A stretch of 64,000 nucleotides of DNA from a virus (taxonomy: Duplodnaviria; Caudoviricetes), in the IMG/VR virus record IMGVR_UViG_3300027917_004314; one strand, 5' to 3'. Below, piece by piece: positions 1-9,465 of this stretch. Position 1 is the stretch's first letter, and each line of letters opens with the position of its first letter. Below the pieces are notes generated by a model, which saw only the letters and a program-made list of their open reading frames with translations, was not told where the DNA came from and searched no databases. Both the position numbers and the translations under genes were made by a program.

Positions 1-645
1 GAAGGAGACGGGGTTCAATACCCCGTTTTTTCTTGTCCAGAACATGGCCCAGACAGTCGCAATGAATGGAAAATATGGTGGGAACAATACCGTGACCGAT
101 GGAGAGAAAAGAGATATTGGGATAAGCCGGCGGATAAGTTGTCCTGTATAATAGGGTATTTTTGTCATAAATATAAAGAGTTCTATGAATATGACTATAC
201 ATTTGATTATAGTAATCCAATTCCTTACAAGAGTAAAGATTTTGTAATAGCAAGAAGGATTCTGGCCATGTTTAATGCGGATGCTAACGATGTGCGAACA
301 TACATCAGATGGGTATTTGCTAAGAAACTAAAATCTCAAAAATATAATGTGACAAGTTTTGGATTCTTTGCTTCCGCACCATTTGTAAATGAATATAAGG
401 CTGCCAAAGCATATAGCCAAGTTTTAAGAAGGTCTACGAAGTTGCCAGATCATTTTCTAAATTGGTGTCGTGCTTATTATCCTGACGTTCTAGAAACACA
501 CAGCCTAGAAACCTGGAATGACCTTAATGGGTTGGTCACATTTATTAATAGCTATGGCAAGGATAATACTGAATATTGTGTAGTTAGAGAGGCGATACAT
601 AGGGGTATGCTTCCAGAACATGGATATAGAAGTTTGGAGGACTAA
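1..645 (+). CDS. hypothetical protein, 5'-truncated by the window edge
   Basis: Frame 1 is open from base 1 (EGDGVQYPVFSCPEHGPDSRNEWKIWW...) into the tracked 139..645 ORF; sits upstream of the replication genes. Confidence 0.75.
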   Translation, partial: EGDGVQYPVFSCPEHGPDSRNEWKIWWEQYRDRWREKRYWDKPADKLSCIIGYFCHKYKEFYEYDYTFDYSNPIPYKSKDFVIARRILAMFNADANDVRTYIRWVFAKKLKSQKYNVTSFGFFASAPFVNEYKAAKAYSQVLRRSTKLPDHFLNWCRAYYPDVLETHSLETWNDLNGLVTFINSYGKDNTEYCVVREAIHRGMLPEHGYRSLED

Positions 646-965
646 TGCTGCTACAACACATTTTATCGAAACACGTAGTAATAATAATGAGTAATGGACA
701 TGTGGCAAGAGGGTTTGTCCACAGTGAAGAGGATGGTTATCTTAAGCTAATAAGAACTGATAATCGTGAAGCAATTATAAAAGTTACGGATATTAGTGTT
801 GCCGAGATCGCGGCCGAGAATCAAATGGCCGACTATCAAGCGTTGGATCGCCAATATGTCCAATCAGATAACGACTTTTCCATGGTGGCATCGCCTATAG
901 AATCTGACAGTACGTACGCCAGTCAGACCGAGTTCGTTAGGCAGACTCCTAGAGGTCGAGAATGA
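645..965 (+). CDS. putative Sm/LSm (Hfq-like) fold protein with acidic tail
   Basis: VVIIMSNGHVARGFVHSEEDGYLKL...IIKVTDIS matches the Sm1/Sm2 pattern by eye; coupled to both neighbours. Confidence 0.45.
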   Translation: MLLQHILSKHVVIIMSNGHVARGFVHSEEDGYLKLIRTDNREAIIKVTDISVAEIAAENQMADYQALDRQYVQSDNDFSMVASPIESDSTYASQTEFVRQTPRGRE

Positions 966-1636
966 TATCCTATAAAAAGGTAGAGGCAGAAAAAAAGAAA
1001 ATAATCAGTAACTGTCGTGCGTGCGACGGGAATGGCTGCAACGCGTGTTTTGGATATGCTGCCTATATTGATAAAATGGCTGCGGCACACATTCCAGTTG
1101 ATTACTGGTTTCGTGATATGAAGGGTTTTTATGGTGAACAACACTTCAAAGATAATGTGTTATCATATATGAATAATTTACATACTGAGTTTAATAATGG
1201 ATTGACGTTATGTTTTACAGGCGAAAGAGGTCGTGGGAAAACGATGGCCGCTTGTGCTATACTTAAACAAGCGTTACTTGATAATTATACCGCTTTTTAT
1301 ACGACCATGGTGGAAGCCGTTGACAGGTTAATGACTCCAGATTCTTATGTTTTTAGAGAAGCCATCAAAAACATTGATTTTTTTGTTATTGATGAAGTGG
1401 ATCGGCGATTTTTCCCGTCGCGAGGCAGCATGGAGTTGTATGGCAATCACTTTGAAAGTATGCTTCGAAGTAGGACACAGAATAGGATGCCAACAATCAT
1501 ATGCACAAATTCTCAAGACACTAAACAGATTTTTGGTGGTGAATTTCAGAAATCATTTGCATCGCTAGAGTCGCAGTTTTTTAGGATACTGCATGCTGGT
1601 GGTAAAGATGCACGAAAAGGCGAGGAAAAGTTATGA
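962..1636 (+). CDS. DnaC/DnaI/IstB-like AAA+ helicase loader
   Basis: N-terminal CxxC-CxxC; Walker A GERGRGKT; Walker B FFVIDEVD; TIICTN; directly precedes DnaB. Confidence 0.85.
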   Translation: MISYKKVEAEKKKIISNCRACDGNGCNACFGYAAYIDKMAAAHIPVDYWFRDMKGFYGEQHFKDNVLSYMNNLHTEFNNGLTLCFTGERGRGKTMAACAILKQALLDNYTAFYTTMVEAVDRLMTPDSYVFREAIKNIDFFVIDEVDRRFFPSRGSMELYGNHFESMLRSRTQNRMPTIICTNSQDTKQIFGGEFQKSFASLESQFFRILHAGGKDARKGEEKL

Positions 1637-3048
1637 TTCCTGAACTCGATATAAGAATCTTAGGATATTTGTTTGCAAACAAATCGTTAACACTAAAAGT
1701 AATAAATTCTGTTTCAGTAGAATATTTAAAGCCCAAGTACCAGCCTTTCATGCATTTGATTAAAGCATGTACTAAATTATATAATGAAACACCTACTAAA
1801 CGAATGCTGGAAAGTCAAGAAGCGTGGGACAACAGTCTCGTAGAGTTTTACGAGCAGGCATTAGGTTTTAGAGACTCAGAAAATTTCGACCAGGCAGATT
1901 TTGCGCTGGACTATGAAGAACTGAAAACTCGATATAACAAGCAGACAATTCTTGTTATGGGTAAGGAAGTGTTCAAGTCAAATTGGGATGGCAGCGATTT
2001 TAAAGATTTAACTGAGGCAAACAGAGCGATCAAAAAAGCTATAGGAACGATAGATAGTATACACACCAATGAAGTCTTCAAGGAAGGTTCTTTGTCAGGA
2101 ACGGCAGCAGAAGCTAGGACACGATATCAGCAGATTAAAGACAATCCGGCACTAGCCAGAGGAATCCATGTCGGTATTAGGGAATTTGATAGAATTACAA
2201 ATGGCCTGCAGCCTGGCGAATTGGTGTTAATTGGCGGTGAATCCAGCGCAGGCAAATCGGCGCTCGCCATGAATATGGCTATAAACGCGTGGAAGGGTAG
2301 TAACCCGTTGCCGGACTCAGCAGATTTTACGTTAGATAATTTTGCGACGGACGGCGTAAATGTAATGTATTTTACAATTGAGATGCCGTGGGATCCGTTA
2401 AGGCGTCGTGTAGATGCATGTGTGTCTGGTGTTAAATTGTATGGCATACGTGATGGTACATTGAGCACAGATGAAGAGTCTCGGTTTGAGGCCGGGCTGG
2501 AATTTCAGGAACGATATCCGAAAGAATTTCAAATTATTGATATTCCTCGAGGATGTACAGTTGGCCAGATAGAATCCAAGTACATAGAGTTGTTGTATGA
2601 TTTCACGCCAGAACTCGTAGTTGTAGATTATATCAGCTTGATGAAGGTTGAACATGATATGGCATCCGACTGGCTCAATATTGGAAAACTTGCTGAGATG
2701 TTGCATGAATTTTGCAGAACATACAACATTCCATGTGTTACGCCTGTGCAGCTTAATAGACCTAAACAAGCTGGCGCAGCTGGAGATATCCAACCCCCCG
2801 ACCAACATAGGGTGGGGAGAAGTATAATGTTACCGCAAAATTGCAACATTATGCTCAATATTACTTCTAGACCAGATGAAGATACGCGATCTGATATGCC
2901 TATTAATATTGCAAAGATGCGGGACGGCGAAAAAGGGGCTTTCACGTTGTGGAAAAGGTTCGATATTATGAGGGTTTATAATGATGCTCCTGAAGGATGG
3001 AGCCCAGAATCATATGATGCCAGTGCGGAGGACGACGATCATGTCTGA
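1633..3048 (+). CDS. dnaB: replicative DNA helicase DnaB
   Basis: GLQPGELVLIGGESSAGKS, FTIEM, VVVDYISLM, PVQLNR, IAKMRDG motifs. Confidence 0.93.
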   Translation: MIPELDIRILGYLFANKSLTLKVINSVSVEYLKPKYQPFMHLIKACTKLYNETPTKRMLESQEAWDNSLVEFYEQALGFRDSENFDQADFALDYEELKTRYNKQTILVMGKEVFKSNWDGSDFKDLTEANRAIKKAIGTIDSIHTNEVFKEGSLSGTAAEARTRYQQIKDNPALARGIHVGIREFDRITNGLQPGELVLIGGESSAGKSALAMNMAINAWKGSNPLPDSADFTLDNFATDGVNVMYFTIEMPWDPLRRRVDACVSGVKLYGIRDGTLSTDEESRFEAGLEFQERYPKEFQIIDIPRGCTVGQIESKYIELLYDFTPELVVVDYISLMKVEHDMASDWLNIGKLAEMLHEFCRTYNIPCVTPVQLNRPKQAGAAGDIQPPDQHRVGRSIMLPQNCNIMLNITSRPDEDTRSDMPINIAKMRDGEKGAFTLWKRFDIMRVYNDAPEGWSPESYDASAEDDDHV

Positions 3049-3310
3049 CATAGAAATAGCTAAACTTCTTAATGTTAAGGTAGATACCAAGACAGGGCGA
3101 GTTTTTTTAGAGATGGAGGTTACAGATCCAACTTGGAAGCAAAAAATCTTAAGAGAATGGCAAGATGTAGAGGTGAAGCTTGTTATTGAAGAGAAACTTT
3201 TTAGTGACGAATTGATAAAAGATTGTGAAGATCGTCTAGAAAAAGGTTTCGGTAAAGAAGATTTTAAAAATATGTTGAAAAGTATGAAAAATTGGTTTCC
3301 TAAAGGATAA
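3041..3310 (+). CDS. hypothetical protein
   Basis: ATG 3041 after GGAGG; overlaps the end of dnaB. Confidence 0.7.
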   Translation: MSDIEIAKLLNVKVDTKTGRVFLEMEVTDPTWKQKILREWQDVEVKLVIEEKLFSDELIKDCEDRLEKGFGKEDFKNMLKSMKNWFPKG

Positions 3311-3314
3311 TAAC

Positions 3315-3575
3315 ATGCCGTTTTATGAATATAGATGTAAACAATGTAAACATGAATTCGAAGAATTTCAAAAAATGTCGGACGATCCGCTGACCGAATG
3401 TCCTGAGTGTAAAGGGATTGTGGTCAGGCTAATTTCTATCGGGATGTGTGACGTGAAATATGACGCACGGGAGCTGTATGAGAAGGTAATAAGGCCTGAA
3501 GCAAAAGAAATTGCCGACAAGATCAGGAACGGCGATGAAGATGCGGCGGCAGATATTTTTGGAGAGCCAAAATAG
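3315..3575 (+). CDS. FmdB-family zinc-ribbon protein
   Basis: MPFYEYRCKQCKHEFEEFQKMSDDPLTECPECKG..RLIS is the family N-terminal signature. Confidence 0.88.
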   Translation: MPFYEYRCKQCKHEFEEFQKMSDDPLTECPECKGIVVRLISIGMCDVKYDARELYEKVIRPEAKEIADKIRNGDEDAAADIFGEPK

Positions 3576-3584
3576 TTGGTTGAT

Positions 3585-3613
3585 TTTACATGCGCTCATA
3601 CGTATTATATTAT
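3585..3613 (+). promoter_or_regulatory. sigma70-like promoter upstream of the prkA operon
   Basis: TTTACA-N17-TATTAT in the intergenic gap. Confidence 0.5.
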
Positions 3614-3664
3614 ATGTGTTTAATTTTACCCTTGTGTATGGGGTTTTAGAACGAAGGAGATAAA

Positions 3665-5644
3665 ATGAAGGTTAAAAATTCTAATGGAAGGAAAGGAGAA
3701 CGGGAAATGAGCGAAATCACAGACATTTTTTCTGCCCTTGCGAAATGTAATGTTAAAGAGGATACCACTCCGTGGTCTGGGACTTTGAAAGATTATCTCC
3801 CTATGGTTATTGATGACCCAAATCTCAACGAGACTGCGCATGCTAGAATATGTAGAATGATTGAAAGTAAAGGGGTAGAGTTTGAAGACGAAGAGAAAAA
3901 AGAACACCCGCGCTATAAATTCTTCACTGACGATTTGTTTGGTATTAATCATGTAATAGAAAAAACTATGAAGTTTTTTAGAGGTGCGGCAGCAGGATCT
4001 GAAGTTAGAAAGAGGATATTGTTACTTTGGGGGCCAACCAGCTCTGGTAAAAGCGAATTTGTAATTCTATTAAAGAAGGGCTTAGAGGAGTTTTCAAAAA
4101 CCAAAGAAGGAAGAGTTTTTGCAATAGATGGTTGTCCCATGTTTGAAAATCCGTTGAATGCTATACCAATTCCGCAGAGGAAACTGCTGAAAGAAAAATA
4201 TGACCTTGTAATTGAGGGAGAGTTGTGTCCGCGTTGTGCTTATAAATTAGCACACGATCCGAAATTTTCTGGTAAGTGGGAAAATATTCCTGTTAAAAGA
4301 ATATTTCTTTCTGAAATGAATAGAACAGGCATTGGTACTTTTCAACCGGGGGATAGAAAAAGCCAATCGCAGTCAGAACTTGTTGGCTCTGTGAATTTTG
4401 CGCAATTGGAAGAATATGGTGTGGAATCACATCCACTCGCTTATAATTTTGACGGAGAATTAAATGTTGCAAACAGAGGCTTAATGGAATTTATTGAGCT
4501 ATTAAAAGTAGATCCCAAATTCCGACACATACTTTTAACCCTTACACAGGAGAAGAGAATCAAAGTAGAACGTTTTCCTCTTATTTTTGCTGATTTGTTT
4601 CCAATTGCACACAGTAATGAAACCGAATTTGTAAAATTCAAAGCCGATAAAGCCGAGGAAGCCTTACATGATCGAACCAGTTTAATGAAATTCCCCTACA
4701 ATCTAATCCTCAACGAAGAAGTAAGAATCTATGAGAAACTTATTTGTCATACGCCGGGCTTTAAAAATATTCATATTGCTCCACATACATTAAAAATTGC
4801 CTCGATGTTTGCTATTTTGTCCCGACTTACGGAACCAAAAGATAAAAGTATTACACTGCTGCAAAAAATGCAACTTTATAATGGGGAAGAAGTAGACGGG
4901 TTTAGCAAAGAAAATATAAAGGATCTACAAAAAGAATCAGAGCGGGAGGGGCTAGATGGTATTTCTCCAAGATATATCGTTAATTGCCTATCTGACTGCT
5001 TCGCTAAGCCTGGAGTTACATATGTTACCCCCATAAGTGCTTTGCGTAGTATAAAAGAGAACCTTCCAACTAATGCGAAACTAGAAAATGATGAAGTGTC
5101 TAGACTTGAGAATTTAATTTCAGATTGCATCGTTGAATATAATAAAATTGCAACCAACGAGGTACAAAAAGCGTTTTTCGTGAATTTTGAGCGCGAAATT
5201 AAAAACTTATTAGAGAACTATTTGGATAATGTTGGTGCCTACTTAGATGACCACAAGACGAAGAACGAGTGGGGTGATATGGTGGATCCAGATGAAAACC
5301 TGATGAGAAGTGTTGAAGAAAAGGTAGAAATTACTAACCCTGGTAAAGACTCATTCCGTGAAGAGGTTTATCGTAAAATGTTGGAATCTAAGAATAAAAC
5401 TGGTGAATATGGTTATCAAAATCATCCAAAACTAAGGGAAGCGCTGGAAAAACAATTGTTTGACGAACGTGCAGATGTAATACGTCTTACAGTATCTTCG
5501 AGAAATCCAGACCCTGAAGCTTTAAGAAAGCTTAATGAAGTGATCGATGCGCTGGTTGTACATTATGGATATAATGCGGACAGTGCTAATGAGTTATTAC
5601 GATATGTAAATAATATTATGTCCAAGACCGCTAACAAGGGGTAA
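3665..5644 (+). CDS. prkA: PrkA/YeaG-family AAA+ serine protein kinase
   Basis: LLLWGPTSSGKS, GELNVANRGLMEFIE, GISPRY; followed by YeaH and SpoVR as in the conserved operon (alternative start 3707). Confidence 0.93.
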   Translation: MKVKNSNGRKGEREMSEITDIFSALAKCNVKEDTTPWSGTLKDYLPMVIDDPNLNETAHARICRMIESKGVEFEDEEKKEHPRYKFFTDDLFGINHVIEKTMKFFRGAAAGSEVRKRILLLWGPTSSGKSEFVILLKKGLEEFSKTKEGRVFAIDGCPMFENPLNAIPIPQRKLLKEKYDLVIEGELCPRCAYKLAHDPKFSGKWENIPVKRIFLSEMNRTGIGTFQPGDRKSQSQSELVGSVNFAQLEEYGVESHPLAYNFDGELNVANRGLMEFIELLKVDPKFRHILLTLTQEKRIKVERFPLIFADLFPIAHSNETEFVKFKADKAEEALHDRTSLMKFPYNLILNEEVRIYEKLICHTPGFKNIHIAPHTLKIASMFAILSRLTEPKDKSITLLQKMQLYNGEEVDGFSKENIKDLQKESEREGLDGISPRYIVNCLSDCFAKPGVTYVTPISALRSIKENLPTNAKLENDEVSRLENLISDCIVEYNKIATNEVQKAFFVNFEREIKNLLENYLDNVGAYLDDHKTKNEWGDMVDPDENLMRSVEEKVEITNPGKDSFREEVYRKMLESKNKTGEYGYQNHPKLREALEKQLFDERADVIRLTVSSRNPDPEALRKLNEVIDALVVHYGYNADSANELLRYVNNIMSKTANKG

Positions 5645-5646
5645 TA

Positions 5647-6828
5647 ATGAGTGATGATTTTAAAGATATTTGGAGTTTGCGCAAACCTGGCGCTAAAGAT
5701 TCAAAGCGTCATAAAGAGCGCATACGGGAAGCTATAAAAGAAAATCTTCACGATCTCATCTCTGAGGAAAATATTATTTCGTCAAGCGGTGGAAAGAAAG
5801 TCAAGGTACCAATAAAATACCTCGACATGTGGCGGTTTAAATTCGGGAAAAATAACAAGCATAAGGGTGTTGGACATGGTAAGGGCGCACCAGGCGATGT
5901 TATTTATAAAGAGGACCCAATGAGTGGGCAAGGAAAAGCTGGTGATAAGGCCGGTGAAGAGGTATACGAAGAAGAAGTAGAAATCGAAGAAATCATAGAG
6001 ATGATGCTCGAAAACCTAGATTTGCCATGGATGGAAGAAAAGGAAAACGTTAGGGAAATAGAAACTGAAGAAACAGTATTCCAAGATATAGCTGAAAGGG
6101 GGTTGCCAGCAAACATAGATAAGAGAAGAACAATTTTGCGCAATCTTAAACGAAATGCACTTAAGGGCAAAATGCGAATTGGTGGTTTTGCCCTAGACGA
6201 TCTGCGCTACAGGGTGTGGGAGCAAGTCATAGAAAAACATTCAAATGCCGCTGTGTTTTTATTGATGGATAGATCTGGGAGTATGACATCCGAAAAAAAA
6301 TATATAGTAAAATCTTTTTTCTGGTGGATGGTGAAATTTCTAGAGAGAAAATATGAAAACGTTGAGTTGATTTTCATTGCACATGATACAGAGGCGCATG
6401 AGGTCGAAGAAGAGAACTTTTTTAAAATTTCACACGGCGGTGGCACAATGGTCAGCTCCGCGTTTAAACTGGCTCAGACCATTATTGAAGACAGATATTC
6501 TCATAAAACCTGGAACAATTATGTGTTTGCATTTTCTGATGGCGACAATTGGCCCGAAGATAATGTAAGATGTGTTCAGTCCATAAAGGACATTTTACCG
6601 TTTTGTCAGGCCGTCGGCTATGGAGAGGTTGATATAAACGACAGTTTTTACAAATGGGGCAGTTCTACCAGTTCTTCAATGTGGTCTAATTTGGCGCAAA
6701 TTTTTGAAAAAGATACAGAATTATCTGAAAATGAAAGGTTTATAGTGGCAACAATAGAGAAGCGAGAAGATATCTACGCCGGCCTTAGAAAGTTTTTGAA
6801 AGGAGTCGATAAACAAAATGAAAGATAG
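5647..6828 (+). CDS. yeaH: YeaH/YhbH (DUF444) vWA-domain protein
   Basis: GHGKGAPGD, LMDRSGSM (MIDAS), FIAHDTEA, GGTMVSSA, FSDGDNW. Confidence 0.9.
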   Translation: MSDDFKDIWSLRKPGAKDSKRHKERIREAIKENLHDLISEENIISSSGGKKVKVPIKYLDMWRFKFGKNNKHKGVGHGKGAPGDVIYKEDPMSGQGKAGDKAGEEVYEEEVEIEEIIEMMLENLDLPWMEEKENVREIETEETVFQDIAERGLPANIDKRRTILRNLKRNALKGKMRIGGFALDDLRYRVWEQVIEKHSNAAVFLLMDRSGSMTSEKKYIVKSFFWWMVKFLERKYENVELIFIAHDTEAHEVEEENFFKISHGGGTMVSSAFKLAQTIIEDRYSHKTWNNYVFAFSDGDNWPEDNVRCVQSIKDILPFCQAVGYGEVDINDSFYKWGSSTSSSMWSNLAQIFEKDTELSENERFIVATIEKREDIYAGLRKFLKGVDKQNER

Positions 6829-8248
6829 AATGGAAGAAATTTTACGGCTTGCAAAAAATCTCGGGCTAGATCCTTATCCAATTGTATATGAAACTGTAGA
6901 AAGAACTACAATGTTCAACGTATGTGCATACGGTCTTCCGACTAGGGCTAGACATTGGAGCTATGGACGATCTTATGATCATCAAAAAACACACGGCGAA
7001 ATGGGGCTATCAAAAGTCTATGAAATTATTTTGAATAATGACCCCTCATACGCATTCCTGTTAGATACCAACAGTGAGGTCCAGAATCTTTTTATTGCTG
7101 CGCATTGCATCGGTCACTCGGATTTTTTTAAAAATAACTGTATGTTTGCAGGTTCTAATCGAAATATGATACGACATGCCGCACAACATGCTGGAAGAAT
7201 TGAAGAATATATAGAACGATTTGGTTTCGAAAAGGTTGAGCACATTATGGATATAGGTTTTGCACTTGATAACAATATCGACTGGAACAAGGGGTTGCAC
7301 AGAAAGCCATATGGACAAAAGCATGTCGTGACCAAATACCGCAAGCGCGGAGAGTTTGATGATTTATTATATAGAGAGCAAAAGCCGACTGTAATTAGGA
7401 AGACGGTAAATGACAAGTTCCCGCCGCGTCCCGAACAAGATTTGCTATGGTTTTTAGTTAACTACGCTCCGCTTGATGATTGGGAGCGCGACGTTCTAGA
7501 TATTATCAGAGAAGAATCGTTTTATTTTTATCCACAAAAAATGACTAAAATTATGAACGAAGGTTGGGCTAGTTATTGGCACGCGGAGTTAATGTTCAGA
7601 TACGAAGGTCTTACTCCCGAAGAGCATATGGATTTTGTGCGCGACCATGAAAAAGTTGTTCAGCCTGGCATGAACCCGTTTAGAATAAATCCGTATTTTC
7701 TTGGATACAGAATTTTTAAGGATATAGAAAAGAGATGGGATGCAAAACATGGGAAAGGAGCTGGCCGCGAAAAAATGTTTCAGGTTAGGTGTGAGGATGA
7801 TGACATTTCGTTTCTGAGAAACTATCTTACTACAGAACTGGTCGAAGAATTAGAGCTATTCACGTATGGATATATGAAAGATTATCCCAAGGACCACGGC
7901 GGTTCAAAATATATCATAATTAAGGAAAGGCTCAGGGATGAAATCGTTGAAAGCATGATTAAACCGCTGTATAATGGCGGAGCCCCCAAAATTTCAATAA
8001 CAGGGGTTGGTCAAGAGGGCGAGCTAATTTTAAAACACGAGAGTGAAGAAATATGTACATTGGATTTTCGCTTTGCTGAAAAAACTATTGAGTATTTGTG
8101 GGATTTGTGGGCCGCTCCCATCGAACTGCATGTAAAAGACGATCCTGGTGATGACGTCGTGTTGTGTTTTGATGAAGCGGGTTTCTACCAAAAAGAGCGG
8201 ATAGATGAGCTTAATTTTGGTGAAGAAGACATAGAGTTGGAGATATAA
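6818..8248 (+). CDS. spoVR: SpoVR/YcgB family protein
   Basis: GLPTRARHWSYG, AHCIGHSDFFKNN, TKIMNEGWASYWH, INPYFLG. Confidence 0.93.
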   Translation: MKDRMEEILRLAKNLGLDPYPIVYETVERTTMFNVCAYGLPTRARHWSYGRSYDHQKTHGEMGLSKVYEIILNNDPSYAFLLDTNSEVQNLFIAAHCIGHSDFFKNNCMFAGSNRNMIRHAAQHAGRIEEYIERFGFEKVEHIMDIGFALDNNIDWNKGLHRKPYGQKHVVTKYRKRGEFDDLLYREQKPTVIRKTVNDKFPPRPEQDLLWFLVNYAPLDDWERDVLDIIREESFYFYPQKMTKIMNEGWASYWHAELMFRYEGLTPEEHMDFVRDHEKVVQPGMNPFRINPYFLGYRIFKDIEKRWDAKHGKGAGREKMFQVRCEDDDISFLRNYLTTELVEELELFTYGYMKDYPKDHGGSKYIIIKERLRDEIVESMIKPLYNGGAPKISITGVGQEGELILKHESEEICTLDFRFAEKTIEYLWDLWAAPIELHVKDDPGDDVVLCFDEAGFYQKERIDELNFGEEDIELEI

Positions 8249-8260
8249 GGGGATATAATT

Positions 8261-8824
8261 ATGGTAAAAATAGCAATTACCGGACACAGGCCTGACGCGT
8301 TCTTGGTGTCACACTATGCACCAGAAACAGTAATGCGAATCGCAGATGATCTGGTTGTGCAATTACAAAGAGAATACAAACATGAGCTATGTCTTAATCT
8401 CGGCGGCGCAATTGGTGTTGATCAATGGGTGGGGACAGCTTGTATGGCGCACGAAGTTAAATTTCATTTATACCTCCCGTTTCACCCAAGCGTTCAGGCA
8501 AAATATTGGTCCGATGAACAGAAAGCAGAGTTGGACAAACAAATGCAATATGCCGCCGGTATAAATATCGTAGAACCAAACCCGGAAGCTCCATATAATG
8601 TAGCATTATATCAAGAGAGAAATAGGAAAATGGTCGACGATGCCAATTTTACGATTGCTTTTTGGGTGGGCAAAAAGAGAGGCGGCACAGTAAATGCTAT
8701 TAAATATTCTTTAAAACAATCGAAATTTGTGTTAAATGCTATGGATGGCCTACGTCCACTTTTCAAAGAGGATATTAAAAATGGTTGGACGCCCCCTACA
8801 ACAAAGGGTTTTAAAGATGAGTAA
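8261..8824 (+). CDS. SLOG-superfamily protein (YspA/DUF1273-like)
   Basis: IAITGHRP, GGAIGVDQW, RNRKMVD, GGTVNAI. Confidence 0.82.
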   Translation: MVKIAITGHRPDAFLVSHYAPETVMRIADDLVVQLQREYKHELCLNLGGAIGVDQWVGTACMAHEVKFHLYLPFHPSVQAKYWSDEQKAELDKQMQYAAGINIVEPNPEAPYNVALYQERNRKMVDDANFTIAFWVGKKRGGTVNAIKYSLKQSKFVLNAMDGLRPLFKEDIKNGWTPPTTKGFKDE

Positions 8825-9452
8825 AAAAGACAATTCAAAATGGAACAAGTATTACGTCAACAATCACGAAGCTCTGGCGTTGGTAAAAATTTGGAAAACA
8901 AGCTCCGCTAAGAATAGAGCAGCTGTAGAGAGACATATAGTTCGAAGATTGTCATATTTAGTGTGTGCTAGAATTCGTCATTATAGAAGTCAGTCTTATT
9001 ACGAAGATTTGTTGCAGGAAGGGAAAGCGGGGTTGATAGAATCGATAAGAAGATTTGATTCAAGTCGTGGCATTAATTTTTTTAAATTTGGTAATTGGTA
9101 TATCAAAAATAAAGTAAATAGGTATCTTAAATCATGCAGAAAATATAATAGGTTCGAGGTACTTAGCGGTGAGATAAGTTGTATTCCAGAAGGTCGTCGT
9201 ATCAACCCAGACGCATGGTACGAAATGGAAGAGGGTAAGAGGATTTTAAGGTCTGCGCTCAATTCTTTGCCGGATATTGACAGGCAAATAGTATCAATGC
9301 GGTTTGGCATGGACGGCAATGGTAGCCGTACTTATCAGCAGATAGGGGATGTGTTTTCTGTATCGCGTCAATATGCAGAACAGGTCACTTCGCGGGCCAT
9401 TGCATCTCTTAGAAAAAACAATCAGGTTAAAAATTTCTTTTGTGAATTATAA
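8817..9452 (+). CDS. RNA polymerase sigma factor, sigma-70 family
   Basis: Region 2 EDLLQEGKAGLIESIRRFDSSRGINF; region 4 HTH RTYQQIGDVFSVSRQYAEQ; ATG 8817 overlaps the previous gene end. Confidence 0.9.
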   Translation: MSKKDNSKWNKYYVNNHEALALVKIWKTSSAKNRAAVERHIVRRLSYLVCARIRHYRSQSYYEDLLQEGKAGLIESIRRFDSSRGINFFKFGNWYIKNKVNRYLKSCRKYNRFEVLSGEISCIPEGRRINPDAWYEMEEGKRILRSALNSLPDIDRQIVSMRFGMDGNGSRTYQQIGDVFSVSRQYAEQVTSRAIASLRKNNQVKNFFCEL

Positions 9453-9465
9453 ATACGGTGGTGAA

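Noticed and set aside
8-31. Hairpin ACGGGGT/ACCCCGT plus T run resembling an intrinsic terminator
   Set aside because: It lies inside a reading frame open from base 1 into the 139..645 ORF, so it is probably coding
9448-9455. T4-type late promoter TATAAATA (also at 51611)
   Set aside because: Only two copies, neither before structural genes; expected by chance in AT-rich DNA
8736-9465. Upstream-extended starts in the track (8736 for sigma, 9349 for nrdJ; likewise 2981, 44990, 49613, 50536)
   Set aside because: They overlap upstream genes or RNAs; downstream ATGs with RBS or stop-start coupling fit better
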